This document shows positions 41,949 through 52,391 of a stretch of DNA of 64,000 nucleotides, piece after piece. The position numbers and the translations under genes were made by a program. The notes beneath the pieces were generated by a model. The model ran no database searches. It saw only the letters and a list, made by a program, of their open reading frames with translations, and was not told the DNA's origin. Where the stretch lies: assembly GCA_003534295.1 (NCBI GenBank), contig DPDV01000007.1, forward strand, positions 4,127-68,126. The letters run 5' to 3'. Each line of letters opens with the position of its first letter. The stretch's first letter is position 1. Origin of the DNA: Clostridiales bacterium. GTDB lineage: Bacteria; Bacillota; Clostridia; TANB77; CAG-508.

Positions 41949-42758
41949 TTATTTTTCTTCAAGCTTTTCGAAATTTAGAGCTAAACAGAAACAAATAATA
42001 AATAAACCAATGGAAATAATACCTTCAAAATTCAAATTGAAAGAAGGAATTAACACTAAAACAGAACCAATTATAAAACCAATAATGCAATAAAAAGTTT
42101 TGGTGTAATAATAGTCTAAAAGATATTTTATTAAATTTAAAAATACAAGCCCACCAATAATAACGCCAATTCCCAATGGAAATAAAACTGGCAAGTATAA
42201 GGTTGAAATAGAATCTAAATAAATATTATATATACCAAGTAATATTAAAATTACACTACTACTAACACCAGGAACAACAATTCCTATGGACATTAAAAAA
42301 CCACACAAAACAAGGTAGAAAAAATTTGAGTTTTCAATTGAAAGAAAATTAATATTACATTTATTTTCAATGAAAATAAGCAGAACGGCAATAGCAAAAG
42401 TTGCAATCAAATACAACATATAAGTTAAGCGAAAGCCAACATCTTTATTGGCTTTTTTGCATAAAATAGGAACTTCTCCTACTATTAATCCGATAAATGC
42501 AAATTTTGTTGGCGTTGGAAAAGTGGTAAATAGAAATTTTAGGACATTTCCTAAAGCTATAATACCAACAAAACTGCCAGATGCAATTGGAAATAAAAAT
42601 TTAAAATTATTTTTAGTGTCTTTAAAAAAATTTAAAACACTGTTTACTAGTTTTTCGTAAATACCGAATATTACGCATAAAACTCCACTGCTTATTCCAG
42701 GAAGTATTGCGCCAGCGCCTATTAAAATACCAATACAAAAATTTAAAATGTAATTCAT
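41949..42758 (-). CDS. DUF368-family membrane protein
   Basis: Duplicated PG(I/V)SSSG motifs (LPGISSGVL, VPGVSSSVI) in a polytopic membrane protein. Confidence 0.6.
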   Translation of the reverse strand: MNYILNFCIGILIGAGAILPGISSGVLCVIFGIYEKLVNSVLNFFKDTKNNFKFLFPIASGSFVGIIALGNVLKFLFTTFPTPTKFAFIGLIVGEVPILCKKANKDVGFRLTYMLYLIATFAIAVLLIFIENKCNINFLSIENSNFFYLVLCGFLMSIGIVVPGVSSSVILILLGIYNIYLDSISTLYLPVLFPLGIGVIIGGLVFLNLIKYLLDYYYTKTFYCIIGFIIGSVLVLIPSFNLNFEGIISIGLFIICFCLALNFEKLEEK

Positions 42759-42806
42759 AAAATACCTCTATATAAAAATATTATATAGAGGTAAAAAATA
42801 TTACAA

Positions 42807-43508
42807 TTATTCTTCAATTATTTCTTGAGCTAATTTGCCTATAGCTTTTGTTTCAATTCTGGATACATAAGAACGTGATATTCCCATCATTTGCGCTATT
42901 TCACTTTGCGTTTTTGGCTTATCACCATTTAGGCCAAATCTTAACTCTAGGATAGTTTTTTCTCTTAGTTTAAGTACTTCTTTCATTTTATTATATAATT
43001 TTTTTATTTTGAATTTTAAATCAACTTCATCTTCTATAGGCTTGCTATTACTTTCCAAAATTTCTTGAAGGGTTATAGTATTATCATCTTTATCTTTTCC
43101 AATTGGATCTTCCAAGTATACTTCTGCACTTAATTTTTTAGTACTTCTTAAATACATTAAAATTTCATTATCAACGCATCTAGAAACATATGTAGCAAGA
43201 CGTACACCCTTAGAAGAATTGAAACTATTAATACCTTTTATTAACCCAATAGTACCAATTGAGATTAAATCATCTAATTCAATATTGGTGGAACTATATT
43301 TTTTACAAACATGAGCTACAAGTCTTAGATTTCGTTCAATTAAAATGTTTTTTGCTTCATCATTTCCTTGAGAAAGTAGTTCCAAATAATATTGTTCTTC
43401 ACTAGAAGAAAGTGGCTCAGGAAATAAACTATTGTTAGAAATATAACCAACTAAAAATATAGCAGATTCTAAAAAATGTAAAAAACCATTTAGTAAAAAT
43501 GCAAGCAT
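42807..43508 (-). CDS. sigK: sporulation sigma factor K precursor (pro-sigma-K), uninterrupted
   Basis: Pro-sequence then YISNNSLFPEPLSSSEEQYYLELLSQGNDEAKNILIERNLRLVAHVCKKY...DLISIGTIGLIKGINSF, very close to the sigma-K region 2. GGAGG RBS before MLAF. Contiguous, with no intervening element. Confidence 0.8.
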   Translation of the reverse strand: MLAFLLNGFLHFLESAIFLVGYISNNSLFPEPLSSSEEQYYLELLSQGNDEAKNILIERNLRLVAHVCKKYSSTNIELDDLISIGTIGLIKGINSFNSSKGVRLATYVSRCVDNEILMYLRSTKKLSAEVYLEDPIGKDKDDNTITLQEILESNSKPIEDEVDLKFKIKKLYNKMKEVLKLREKTILELRFGLNGDKPKTQSEIAQMMGISRSYVSRIETKAIGKLAQEIIEE

Positions 43509-43704
43509 AAAAACCTCCATAAAATATTTTTTTAGACCATTTGCTAAATTATATGAACAGAAAAAAATAAAGTGCATGACTTATTAAATAAAAATAAAAA
43601 AAGTTGAGTTTATCCTTGATATTTTACGTAGTTTATTGTATTATATAATATGTAAGAAAAATGGAATAAAGGATGAAATATAAGATATAGAAAGGGGAAA
43701 AGCT

Positions 43705-44109
43705 ATGAAAAAATTTATAGCAGTCATAACAGTTTTTATGTGCCTATTAAGTGCAACCACAGTATATGCAGCAAATACAGAAAATGTAATAGAACCAACG
43801 AAAACAAGTGGAACTCTAGTTGAAATTAAGCAAAAAGAAATTAAAACAATGGAAGATTATGTAGAACAATATGGAAATGAAACATATGGATATGTTGCAT
43901 ACATACTAAACTTAGTTAGAATATATAGTATACCTTTTTGTTTTGTAGGAATAGTTATTAGTGCTATATATCGTTACGTAATAGGAATAAGAAAACTGGA
44001 TGTGCAAGACAAAGGTTTTGGTGTAATGATAGGTATAGTAACAGTTTTAGTAATATGCCAAATATTACCATTGATTTTTGCAATAGTAGTAAAAGGTTGG
44101 AGGGGTTAA
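43705..44109 (+). CDS. small membrane protein
   Basis: Signal/TM at the N-terminus and two C-terminal TM segments. Confidence 0.35.
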   Translation: MKKFIAVITVFMCLLSATTVYAANTENVIEPTKTSGTLVEIKQKEIKTMEDYVEQYGNETYGYVAYILNLVRIYSIPFCFVGIVISAIYRYVIGIRKLDVQDKGFGVMIGIVTVLVICQILPLIFAIVVKGWRG

Positions 44110-44113
44110 ACAA

Positions 44114-46540
44114 ATGAAGGTATTGTTTGCAGTTGGCAATGAAAAAATATCAGAAGCGATTATAAAAGAATATCAAAAGAATTATTCAGAAGAAATAATA
44201 AGCAAAAATGTATATTATTTTAATGCAATACAGAAGGAATTACAAAAAGATAAGTCATATGATAGAATAATTATAAGTGAAGATTTAGAAGCATTTTCAA
44301 ACAATAATTATGACGAGATTGATAGATTTATAAGAGGCAAGTTAGACAACATATCAGCAGAAGCAACAAGCAATTCGGGAGCAGACATACCAATAATACT
44401 TATATGCAATGACAGAAGGGCTAAATCAGAAATTTTCTTAAATGAAATATTAAAAAGCAAAATCTATAATGCGTTATTAGGACAAGATAGAAACGTATCA
44501 AAAATTTGTGAATTAGTCTACAAACCTAGAAATCAAAAAGAAGCAATAGCATATTATCAAGTGAGAACAGAAGATTCAGAAGCTATGTTTAGCAGAGAAG
44601 AAGACGTAAGCGAGACAGAAATTCAAAATATCATTAATCACTATAAAAAGTTAGGCAAAAATGAAGAAAAATATATTGAAAGCTTTAATAGTATTGCAAC
44701 TCAATATACAGATGCACAATTAAGATTAATTGCACAATTTTTACCATTAAATGTTAAAGCTGTACTTGAGGCTAGATGTGAAAAATATCAAAAAATTGTA
44801 AGCTATGGTTCTAGCAGAAGCTCAGATGGAAAAAATAAAAAAACTCAAACAGCATATGAACCACCAAGTGTTAAAGTTAAAAAGATAAAATCTAATATTA
44901 ATGATAAAGAAGAAAATAAAAAAATAAAACTGATAGAAGAACAGTTAAAAAAGAATAAATTAACCAAACCAGTAATTATACCAGAAGAAGTAAATGTATC
45001 AAATGTAAAAAAAGTTAAAACCAAACCAATAGAAGTGCAAGAAAAATTGAAAAAAGATCAACTAGATGAAAAAGAAAAAACTAGTATAACTGAAGAGATA
45101 AAAACAGCGAAAGATATGAAAAAAGAAATAGAAGAAACACCACTAAGAAAAAGAGGAAGACCTAAAAAGGAAACTATTGCAGACAACAGTGAAGTAGAAC
45201 CTCAAATAAAGAAAAAAAGAGGAAGGCCTAGAAAGGAACAGTCAGAAATAGATAACAGTGATATACGAGATGATTCTGAGCCAAAGGATATTGTTAATTT
45301 GTTTGATATGGATGAAGAAAAAGAAGATGATATTTTGCCAGGCCTTGAGGACCTAGAAGAAACAACATTGCCGGGGTTAGATGATAAACTTCCTGAATCT
45401 GAAGAAATTGAAGAAAATGATAATATATTGCCAGGCCTTGAAGAGAGCAACGAAAAAGGAAGTTCATTGTCAGAATCAGACGAAGAACAGCAAAATATAC
45501 TACCAGGATTTGAGGATTTTAGTAAAATGTCAGACGAAGATGATACAGTGCCTAAGTTTGAAAGTTTAGATAGGAATGAATACACAAATAAGGTTGCAAG
45601 CGAACAAGAGCAAAAAATAGAACCAATTAAAAATGTAGATATCGATATGAATTTGTCTAGCTTACTCACAAAAGATAAGAAAATAGTGGCTTTTGTAGGA
45701 ACTTCAAAAAATGGGACATCCTTTATAGTTAATAATATAGCACAATTATTATCAGAAAAAGGCATAAAAACAGCAATACTTGATTTGACAAAAAATAAAA
45801 ATGCATATTATGTATATACGGACAATCAAGAAGAATTAAGACAAACAGCAATTTCTTCTATACCAAACTTAATTAATGGAATAGTAGAAGGAATTGTGGT
45901 AAACAAGAATTTAAGCGTATTTACTACTTTACCAAATGAAAATGATGTAATAAATAATTATTCTGAGATACTGGAAACTTTAATTAAAAATTATTCATTA
46001 ATATTATTGGACTGTGATTTTGAAACAAATTTTGGATATTTTAAAGAAGCACAAGAAATTTATTTGGTGCAAAGCTTTGATGTCTTAACAATTCAACCAT
46101 TAACAGCATTTTTAAGGGATTTGAAAGCAAAAAGTATTTTAAATCCAGAAAAATTAAGAATAATTTTAAACAAATCTTTAAGAGTAAGAAATGTGACTGA
46201 CAAACTGATAATAGGTGGAATATCAGTATATAATGACCCTGCTATGTCATATATGACAGAATTATTCAATAAGGACTTAATTAAATATTGTTCTATACCG
46301 TTTGAAGAACAGACATATTCAAGATATCTTGAAGGATTAGTAGAATGTAAAATTTCCTTAAAAGGATATTCTAAAAAATTCTTAATGTATCTGTCAAAAT
46401 TAGGAAATATGGTTTATCCACTAATTAATAGTATGCCTCAAAAATCAATGAGCAATTATAATAATATATATAAAAATAGTGAATCAAAATTTACAAATCA
46501 AATGAATGAAACATTAAATAAAATGAAAAATAAGTATTAA
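44114..46540 (+). CDS. large multidomain protein: receiver-like N-terminus, AT-hook motifs, acidic LPG(L/F)E(D/E) repeats, C-terminal degenerate MinD/ParA-like domain
   Basis: The N-terminus MKVLFAVGNEKISEAI... is CpaE/REC-like. AT-hooks are KRGRPKKE and KKRGRPRKE. There are five ILPGLE-type acidic repeats. The C-terminus VAFVGTSKNGTSFIVNNIAQLLSEKGIKTAILDL resembles the deviant Walker A of MinD/ParA with the Lys/Thr replaced. Confidence 0.4.
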   Translation: MKVLFAVGNEKISEAIIKEYQKNYSEEIISKNVYYFNAIQKELQKDKSYDRIIISEDLEAFSNNNYDEIDRFIRGKLDNISAEATSNSGADIPIILICNDRRAKSEIFLNEILKSKIYNALLGQDRNVSKICELVYKPRNQKEAIAYYQVRTEDSEAMFSREEDVSETEIQNIINHYKKLGKNEEKYIESFNSIATQYTDAQLRLIAQFLPLNVKAVLEARCEKYQKIVSYGSSRSSDGKNKKTQTAYEPPSVKVKKIKSNINDKEENKKIKLIEEQLKKNKLTKPVIIPEEVNVSNVKKVKTKPIEVQEKLKKDQLDEKEKTSITEEIKTAKDMKKEIEETPLRKRGRPKKETIADNSEVEPQIKKKRGRPRKEQSEIDNSDIRDDSEPKDIVNLFDMDEEKEDDILPGLEDLEETTLPGLDDKLPESEEIEENDNILPGLEESNEKGSSLSESDEEQQNILPGFEDFSKMSDEDDTVPKFESLDRNEYTNKVASEQEQKIEPIKNVDIDMNLSSLLTKDKKIVAFVGTSKNGTSFIVNNIAQLLSEKGIKTAILDLTKNKNAYYVYTDNQEELRQTAISSIPNLINGIVEGIVVNKNLSVFTTLPNENDVINNYSEILETLIKNYSLILLDCDFETNFGYFKEAQEIYLVQSFDVLTIQPLTAFLRDLKAKSILNPEKLRIILNKSLRVRNVTDKLIIGGISVYNDPAMSYMTELFNKDLIKYCSIPFEEQTYSRYLEGLVECKISLKGYSKKFLMYLSKLGNMVYPLINSMPQKSMSNYNNIYKNSESKFTNQMNETLNKMKNKY

Positions 46541-46561
46541 CAGTATAGTAAATTTAAAGAG

Positions 46562-47665
46562 GTGAGTTTTTTGACATTAGCAATAATACTACTGCTTGTA
46601 ATAATAATAGTAATTTTAATGATATACAATGTATCTATACATAAAAAAATAGAAAGTTTTTCCAACCTTAATCAAAAAGTAACAAGTTTAAATGTACTTC
46701 AAGATTTGCTTGATACAATTAGTGAATACACAACTACTAAGGAAAAATTTGCAAAAATTAATAATATTCTGATAGAAAAGTATGGCATAAAATATTCAAC
46801 AATAGTTGTTTATGATGGAGTTGAGTATGTTGTAAAAGCATCTAATGTTGATGAAAAACATTGGGATACATTAAGCAAATTACAAACAGAGCCGATATTT
46901 AAAGATAGTATACAGACAGCTACACCAAAATATTTAACAGTAGAAAGAGAAGGCGAAAAATTGCCATATCAAAAAAGTGAATTTGCAAGGGCAAAAGCTG
47001 CAATATTTTTCCCCTTATATATAGATAATGTATATATAGGATATTGGATAATAGAAGGAACACAACCACATGAGTTTGATAATTTGGATGTTACAATTTT
47101 AGAGGTAGTAAAAAATAATATAGTGTCAGTTGTGAAAACAGTAACAACTCAACAGATATTAGAAAATATAGTAAGAGAAGACAAATTTAGTGGATTAAAA
47201 TCAGTTGAATATTTATATGGCGACGGTAGAAAAATAATAGATAAATATACAATTTCGGCAGTATGCTTATTTAAAATAATTAATATAGAAGAAATTAATA
47301 ATAATATAAACAGAGAAACAGGAAATAATGTTATTACACAGGTTTCGCAAACAATAAAGGACAAACTTCAATCGGAATATATATTTGTTAGATACATGGG
47401 ACCAAAATTTGCAATAATTTTTTCAGGAATAGATCCACAATCAGCAGAGGAAATTTTAAAGGAAATAAAGGAATCTGTAGAAGAACTAAAAATTTCGCCA
47501 GTAGAAAATAATGAAAATCAAGATTACGGTATATATGCAAGAGCAAAGTTAAATTTTGCAGTAGCGGCATACTATAAGGGAACAGCTTTAGAAGAAGTTA
47601 TGAGAAGATTAGAAGAATATTTAGACAATGCAGATAAAGAGGAAAATAGTATAAATTTTTTATAG
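46562..47665 (+). CDS. membrane-anchored protein with degenerate GGDEF-like domain
   Basis: N-terminal TM segment. The C-terminal region has FVRYMGPKFAIIF in place of RYGGEEF. Confidence 0.4.
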   Translation: MSFLTLAIILLLVIIIVILMIYNVSIHKKIESFSNLNQKVTSLNVLQDLLDTISEYTTTKEKFAKINNILIEKYGIKYSTIVVYDGVEYVVKASNVDEKHWDTLSKLQTEPIFKDSIQTATPKYLTVEREGEKLPYQKSEFARAKAAIFFPLYIDNVYIGYWIIEGTQPHEFDNLDVTILEVVKNNIVSVVKTVTTQQILENIVREDKFSGLKSVEYLYGDGRKIIDKYTISAVCLFKIINIEEINNNINRETGNNVITQVSQTIKDKLQSEYIFVRYMGPKFAIIFSGIDPQSAEEILKEIKESVEELKISPVENNENQDYGIYARAKLNFAVAAYYKGTALEEVMRRLEEYLDNADKEENSINFL

Positions 47666-47679
47666 GAGGTAATTGATAT

Positions 47680-47934
47680 ATGTCTATGGATGAAACAATG
47701 AGTTTTGAAGTAGAAAGAGAGAAGAATGTTAAAACAAAAGAAATACTTACAAAAGTATATCAAGCATTAGAAGAAAAGGGGTATAATCCAATAAATCAGA
47801 TTGTGGGATATATATTATCAGGAGATCCTACATATATAACAAGCCATAATAATGCTAGAAATTTGATAAGACAGTTAGAAAGAGATGAACTATTGGAAAA
47901 AATGGTAAGAAATTATATAGGATTAGGCGAATAA
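47680..47934 (+). CDS. ireB: IreB-family regulatory phosphoprotein (UPF0297)
   Basis: [53 protein letters not shown] matches UPF0297. It lies upstream of ruvX, as in the conserved arrangement. Confidence 0.7.
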   Translation: MSMDETMSFEVEREKNVKTKEILTKVYQALEEKGYNPINQIVGYILSGDPTYITSHNNARNLIRQLERDELLEKMVRNYIGLGE

Positions 47935-47935
47935 T

Positions 47936-48352
47936 ATGCGAAAACTTGGAATTGATTATGGTGATAGCAGAGTTGGAATAGCTATAAGTGATGAACTAGG
48001 AATAACTGCTCAAGGACTATGTACAATAAGTCATAATGGAAATGATAAAATAGTTCTAAAAAAATTAGAAGAAATATTAGACAATTATCAAGTAGACACA
48101 ATTATAATAGGAATTCCTATAAATATGGATGGTACAGAAGGTTTTAGAGTAGAAGTAACAAAGAAATTTATACATAAATTAAAATGTAAATTTAATAAAA
48201 TAAAAATAGAAGAAATAGATGAACGTTTAACAACAGTTGCAGCACATAAAACAATGAATTATTTAGGAATAAAAAAGGAAAATAAAAAAAATATTGTAGA
48301 TACAATATCTGCAGTATACATTTTAGAAACATATATGAATAAGCCTAAGTAA
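47936..48352 (+). CDS. ruvX: putative pre-16S rRNA nuclease / Holliday-junction resolvase-like YqgF
   Basis: MRKLGIDYGDSRVGIAISD N-terminus. Confidence 0.85.
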   Translation: MRKLGIDYGDSRVGIAISDELGITAQGLCTISHNGNDKIVLKKLEEILDNYQVDTIIIGIPINMDGTEGFRVEVTKKFIHKLKCKFNKIKIEEIDERLTTVAAHKTMNYLGIKKENKKNIVDTISAVYILETYMNKPK

Positions 48353-48432
48353 AGAGAGCATAATAGTGATTAAGTTATTAAAGTTGTAGAAATACAAATA
48401 ATATAAATAATTATAATTGAAAGGAGAAAAAA

Positions 48433-48756
48433 ATGAGTGAAGATTTAAACAATGAAATCCCAGAGAACATAGAGGGAGAAGAAGTTGACAATATAGTAAT
48501 ACTTAATGATGAAGAAGGAAACGAAGTACAATTTGAATTTTTAGACTTAATTGAATATAATGAAGAAGAATATGTAATATTATTACCAGTGGAAGATGAA
48601 ATATCTGAAGAACCAGGAGAAGTAGTAATATTGAAAGTTGAAAGTACATCAGAGGACGAAGAATCTTATGTAAGTGTAGAAGATGAAGAAGTACTAAATA
48701 ATGTATTTGAGATATTCAAAGAAAAATTCAAAGATGAATTTAATTTTACAGATTAG
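48433..48756 (+). CDS. DUF1292/UPF0473 acidic protein
   Basis: Highly acidic 107-aa protein in the conserved position after ruvX. Confidence 0.7.
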   Translation: MSEDLNNEIPENIEGEEVDNIVILNDEEGNEVQFEFLDLIEYNEEEYVILLPVEDEISEEPGEVVILKVESTSEDEESYVSVEDEEVLNNVFEIFKEKFKDEFNFTD

Positions 48757-48875
48757 TAAATTTTAAAAAAGGTATAATGGTAAGACATTATACTTTTTTT
48801 CTTGTATAGCGTATATTTTGTGCTTGCAACTTAATTTAATTATGTGGTACAATAATAAAGAAGGAGTTGATACAA

Positions 48876-49349
48876 ATGAGAAATTTTACAACATGGTTAA
48901 TTGTCATTTTTGGTTTTATGTTTTGGGGATTTAGAGTAGCAGGAGCATTTGCCGCTGGAACAGGTATGGATTTTATGATAAAACCAATGGACTTGGCAAT
49001 AGAAATACCAGTATTGTTTATAAGTTTTACGTGCATTTGTTTTATAATAAAAAGAAAAATTTTAGCAGCAATAATTTATCTTGTAACACATGGATTTTAT
49101 TATGGAGTATTTTTATATCAAAATATTAATACAATATTATATGGACAAGTAACAGAAGAAAATTATATTTCTATTTTCTTTTCATTCATAGGAATATTGC
49201 TACCAATTTTGGCATTATTGGACTTAGTATTAGATAAATCAAGAACTATGAGACCAAAGGATAAGAAAACAGATTGGTATTATGGAAATGAAAAATATGA
49301 TAGGAAAATGGACGAAAGAGCAGACAAAAATAATTACCGTACATTATAA
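48876..49349 (+). CDS. hypothetical membrane protein
   Basis: Four predicted TM segments. Start assigned to MRNFTTW. Confidence 0.35.
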   Translation: MRNFTTWLIVIFGFMFWGFRVAGAFAAGTGMDFMIKPMDLAIEIPVLFISFTCICFIIKRKILAAIIYLVTHGFYYGVFLYQNINTILYGQVTEENYISIFFSFIGILLPILALLDLVLDKSRTMRPKDKKTDWYYGNEKYDRKMDERADKNNYRTL

Positions 49350-49617
49350 AGAAAATATATAGATAGAGAATTACTAGATAAAGGTAAATATTTGCAATGA
49401 AGAATTTGAAGAAAATAAAGAAAGATATAAAGCAGGATTATTAAAATACAAAGAAAAGATGATTGTTTTGAAAAATAAAAAGGAAATAAAAACATATTTA
49501 AGAGAAACAATATAAAGTAGTTATATACAAAACGTTTAAAAAATTTCCAATAAAAAATCAAATAAAAAAAATAAAAATAAGTATACTAATAATATAAAAC
49601 AAAAAGGAGGTTTTTTT

Positions 49618-49782
49618 ATGGAAGATAAACAAAAAATAAATTGTACAGTAGAAAGTTGTGTATATAATAATTTGAATAATCACAAATGCACTTTAAAAGA
49701 AATACAAGTTACACCAATAGCAGGTTGCAATACAAAAGAACCAGATGAATCAATGTGCAGTAGTTATAAATTTGAAAAGTAA
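49618..49782 (+). CDS. DUF1540-like small Cys-rich protein (54 aa; below the ORF-track cutoff)
   Basis: AAAAGGAGG RBS. Duplicated motif: INCTVESCVYNNLNNHKCTLKEIQV...AGCNTKEPDESMCSSY. Confidence 0.5.
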   Translation: MEDKQKINCTVESCVYNNLNNHKCTLKEIQVTPIAGCNTKEPDESMCSSYKFEK

Positions 49783-49871
49783 AAAAGGCATAAAGACTTG
49801 AAAAATGTTTGGAGATAGAATATAATGTTACTACAAAGTGATTCTTTGAATAATTTTGGAGGTAAAAAGTT

Positions 49872-51296
49872 ATGGGTCGTGGTAAGCTGCAGAAGCGGCC
49901 TTGCGCTGACATTATGTCAACAAGTTCGGCTGTGACTGGTTCATGTAACTGGGTAGTTGTAAAACTGCCAAATGATTCCACAATCAGATTCATAGTTGAC
50001 TGTGGACTTTTTCTTGAAAAAGAATGTGAAAATTACAACGAAAATTTTCCATTCGACCCGCGAAAAGTGGATTTTGCGTTGTTAACGCATATTCACAATG
50101 ACCATTGTGGAAGATTACCGCTATTGGTCAGAAAAGGATTTGAAGGAACTATATACGCTTCAAATGAAACCTGTATTTTTGCTCCTTTGGCCTTGAATGA
50201 TTCATTAAAAGTGTTGAAGGACACAGCAAAGAGAAAGCATACAAAGGAACTGTATGCAGAGAGGGATGTTCAAAACACAATTGGTCAGTGTTCTGCGATA
50301 GAATACAATACAACCATATGTGTTAATGAACACATAAAAGTGACGGGATTTAAAAATGGTCACTTGGTTGGTGCAATGATGTTTCTGGTACAGATTTGTT
50401 ATCCGGGATGCGATAACATAAATCTGCTCTTCACAGGGGATTACAACTCGAAAAATTTGTTTTTTGAGGTTCCAGACTTGCCCCAATGGGTTCTTGAATT
50501 ACCTGTAACGGTAATTCAAGAAAGCACATATGGCAACATGGAATCATCAGAGATGATTCCGGTGTTTGGCACTAATATTGCCCAAAGCACAAGAAATGGG
50601 GAGACGGTAATTATACCTGTATTCTCATTGGGAAGAAGTCAGGAAATCCTGTATTTCTTGAAGAGAATGCAAGAAAATAATGAATTGGAAAGAGAAGTTC
50701 CAATATTCTTCGATGGAAAACTTGCCCAAAATTATTCTTCTCTCTACAAGAAAAAGGAATTGGGATTAAAAGCAGAAATGCTAGATTTCCTTCCTGAGAA
50801 CCTTATCATGGTTAATAAGGAAAATAGGGAAAGAATAATTAAGGAACCATCCCAAAAGATTGTTATTACAACATCTGGGATGGGAACCCATGGACCTGCT
50901 CCCATGTATATCCAGGAATATGTGTCTAGAGACAATGCTTTGATACATTTTACCGGTTATACGGCAGAAGGAACTTTAGGAAGAATCCTTCAGGAGACAC
51001 CAACTGGTAAAATGGTGCTAGTAAACTCATTGGCACGCAGAAAGCAAGCTAGAGTTGTGTCTACAAAGGAATTCTCTGCCCACGCAAAGGCAGATGAAAT
51101 GTGTGATTTTTTGAAAAAATTCAAAAAACTGCAAATGGTTCTCGTAACTCATGGAGAACCAAAAACTAAAGAAAGCTTTGCCGATAGAATATTGGCGGAA
51201 GTTAGGCCAAAGTCGGTAGGCATTCTCAATAGAGAATATCTACACAGAATAGATGAATTCGGATTTAGAAAGACGATGTCAACTAAATTCGAGTAA
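49872..51296 (+). CDS. MBL-fold metallo-hydrolase of the beta-CASP/COG1236 RNA-metabolising type
   Basis: LLTHIHNDHCGRLP (HxHxDH) and the conserved N-terminal GS...VDCGLF block. 474 aa. GC content is visibly higher than the surrounding sequence. Confidence 0.7.
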   Translation: MGRGKLQKRPCADIMSTSSAVTGSCNWVVVKLPNDSTIRFIVDCGLFLEKECENYNENFPFDPRKVDFALLTHIHNDHCGRLPLLVRKGFEGTIYASNETCIFAPLALNDSLKVLKDTAKRKHTKELYAERDVQNTIGQCSAIEYNTTICVNEHIKVTGFKNGHLVGAMMFLVQICYPGCDNINLLFTGDYNSKNLFFEVPDLPQWVLELPVTVIQESTYGNMESSEMIPVFGTNIAQSTRNGETVIIPVFSLGRSQEILYFLKRMQENNELEREVPIFFDGKLAQNYSSLYKKKELGLKAEMLDFLPENLIMVNKENRERIIKEPSQKIVITTSGMGTHGPAPMYIQEYVSRDNALIHFTGYTAEGTLGRILQETPTGKMVLVNSLARRKQARVVSTKEFSAHAKADEMCDFLKKFKKLQMVLVTHGEPKTKESFADRILAEVRPKSVGILNREYLHRIDEFGFRKTMSTKFE

Positions 51297-51301
51297 AAAA
51301 A

Positions 51302-51339
51302 GCCCCCAAATGTTAGAACAGATTTTAACATTTGGGGGC
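51302..51339. repeat. GC-rich palindrome GCCCCCAAATGTTA / loop / TAACATTTGGGGGC (same core as the 4511-4572 palindrome)
   Basis: 14-bp perfect stem. A-run upstream and no T-run downstream on the plus strand, so it is terminator-like only on the minus strand. Confidence 0.7.
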
Positions 51340-51434
51340 ACATCTCACTATTGAAGGTGAAAATTTTATTAAGTATTGAATATAAAATTTAAAAGATATA
51401 TAATGTTAAAAAATAAATTTGAGGAGGAATATGT

Positions 51435-52364
51435 ATGCCATTAGTAACAACAAAAAATATGTTTGAAAAATCAATGAAGGAACATTTTGCAATAGGAGCT
51501 TTTAATGTAAATAATATGGAAATAATACAAGGAATAGTAGATGCAGCAGCAGAGGAAAATGCACCAGTTATATTGCAAGCATCTTCTAGTGCCATAAAAT
51601 ATGCTAGAATAGGATACTTAAAGAAAATGGTTGAGGCAGCATTAGAAGAACATGATATTCCAGTTGTACTACATTTAGACCATGGACCAGACTTTGAAAC
51701 TTGTAAAATGTGTATAGATAATGGATTTTCATCAGTTATGATAGATGGTTCAAAATATGATTTTGAAGAAAATGTAAGACTAACAAAACAGGTAGTTGAT
51801 TATGCACATGAACATGGGGTAGTTGTAGAAGCAGAGCTAGGAAAATTAGCTGGAATAGAGGATGAGGTTAAGGTTACGGAATCAGATGCAATGTTTACAG
51901 ACCCAGAACAGGCAAAAGAATTTGTAGAAAGGACAGGATGTGATTCATTGGCAATAGCTATAGGAACAAGCCATGGAGCATATAAGTTTAAAGGGGAACC
52001 AAAACTTAGATTTGATATTCTACAAAAGGTAAAAGAACTAATACCAAACACACCAATTGTATTGCACGGAGCTTCAACGGTTATACCAGAACTAGTAGAA
52101 ACATGTAATAAATATGGTGGAAATATTCCTGGAGCAAAGGGAGTACCAGACGAAATATTAAACCAAGCAAGTAAACTTGGAGTATCAAAGATTAATGTTG
52201 ATACAGACTTAAGATTAGCAATGACATCAGAAATACGAAGAGTATTTGTGGAAGATCCTTCTGCATTTGACCCAAGAAAATATTTAACACCAGCAAGAGA
52301 AGCAGTAAAACAGACTGTAAAGCATAAAATAAGAGATGTATTTGGTGCAAGTAATAAGGCATAA
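51435..52364 (+). CDS. fba: class II fructose-bisphosphate aldolase
   Basis: GAFNVNNMEIIQGIVDAAAEENAPVILQ and HLDHG motifs. GAGGAGG RBS. Confidence 0.9.
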   Translation: MPLVTTKNMFEKSMKEHFAIGAFNVNNMEIIQGIVDAAAEENAPVILQASSSAIKYARIGYLKKMVEAALEEHDIPVVLHLDHGPDFETCKMCIDNGFSSVMIDGSKYDFEENVRLTKQVVDYAHEHGVVVEAELGKLAGIEDEVKVTESDAMFTDPEQAKEFVERTGCDSLAIAIGTSHGAYKFKGEPKLRFDILQKVKELIPNTPIVLHGASTVIPELVETCNKYGGNIPGAKGVPDEILNQASKLGVSKINVDTDLRLAMTSEIRRVFVEDPSAFDPRKYLTPAREAVKQTVKHKIRDVFGASNKA

Positions 52365-52391
52365 TATTAAAAGCCGTGATGATACTCACGG

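Noticed and set aside
51302-51339. GC hairpin after the MBL gene considered as its intrinsic terminator
   Set aside because: There is no U-tract on the plus strand. The T-run lies on the minus strand, where no gene ends. It is therefore classed as a member of the palindrome repeat family.
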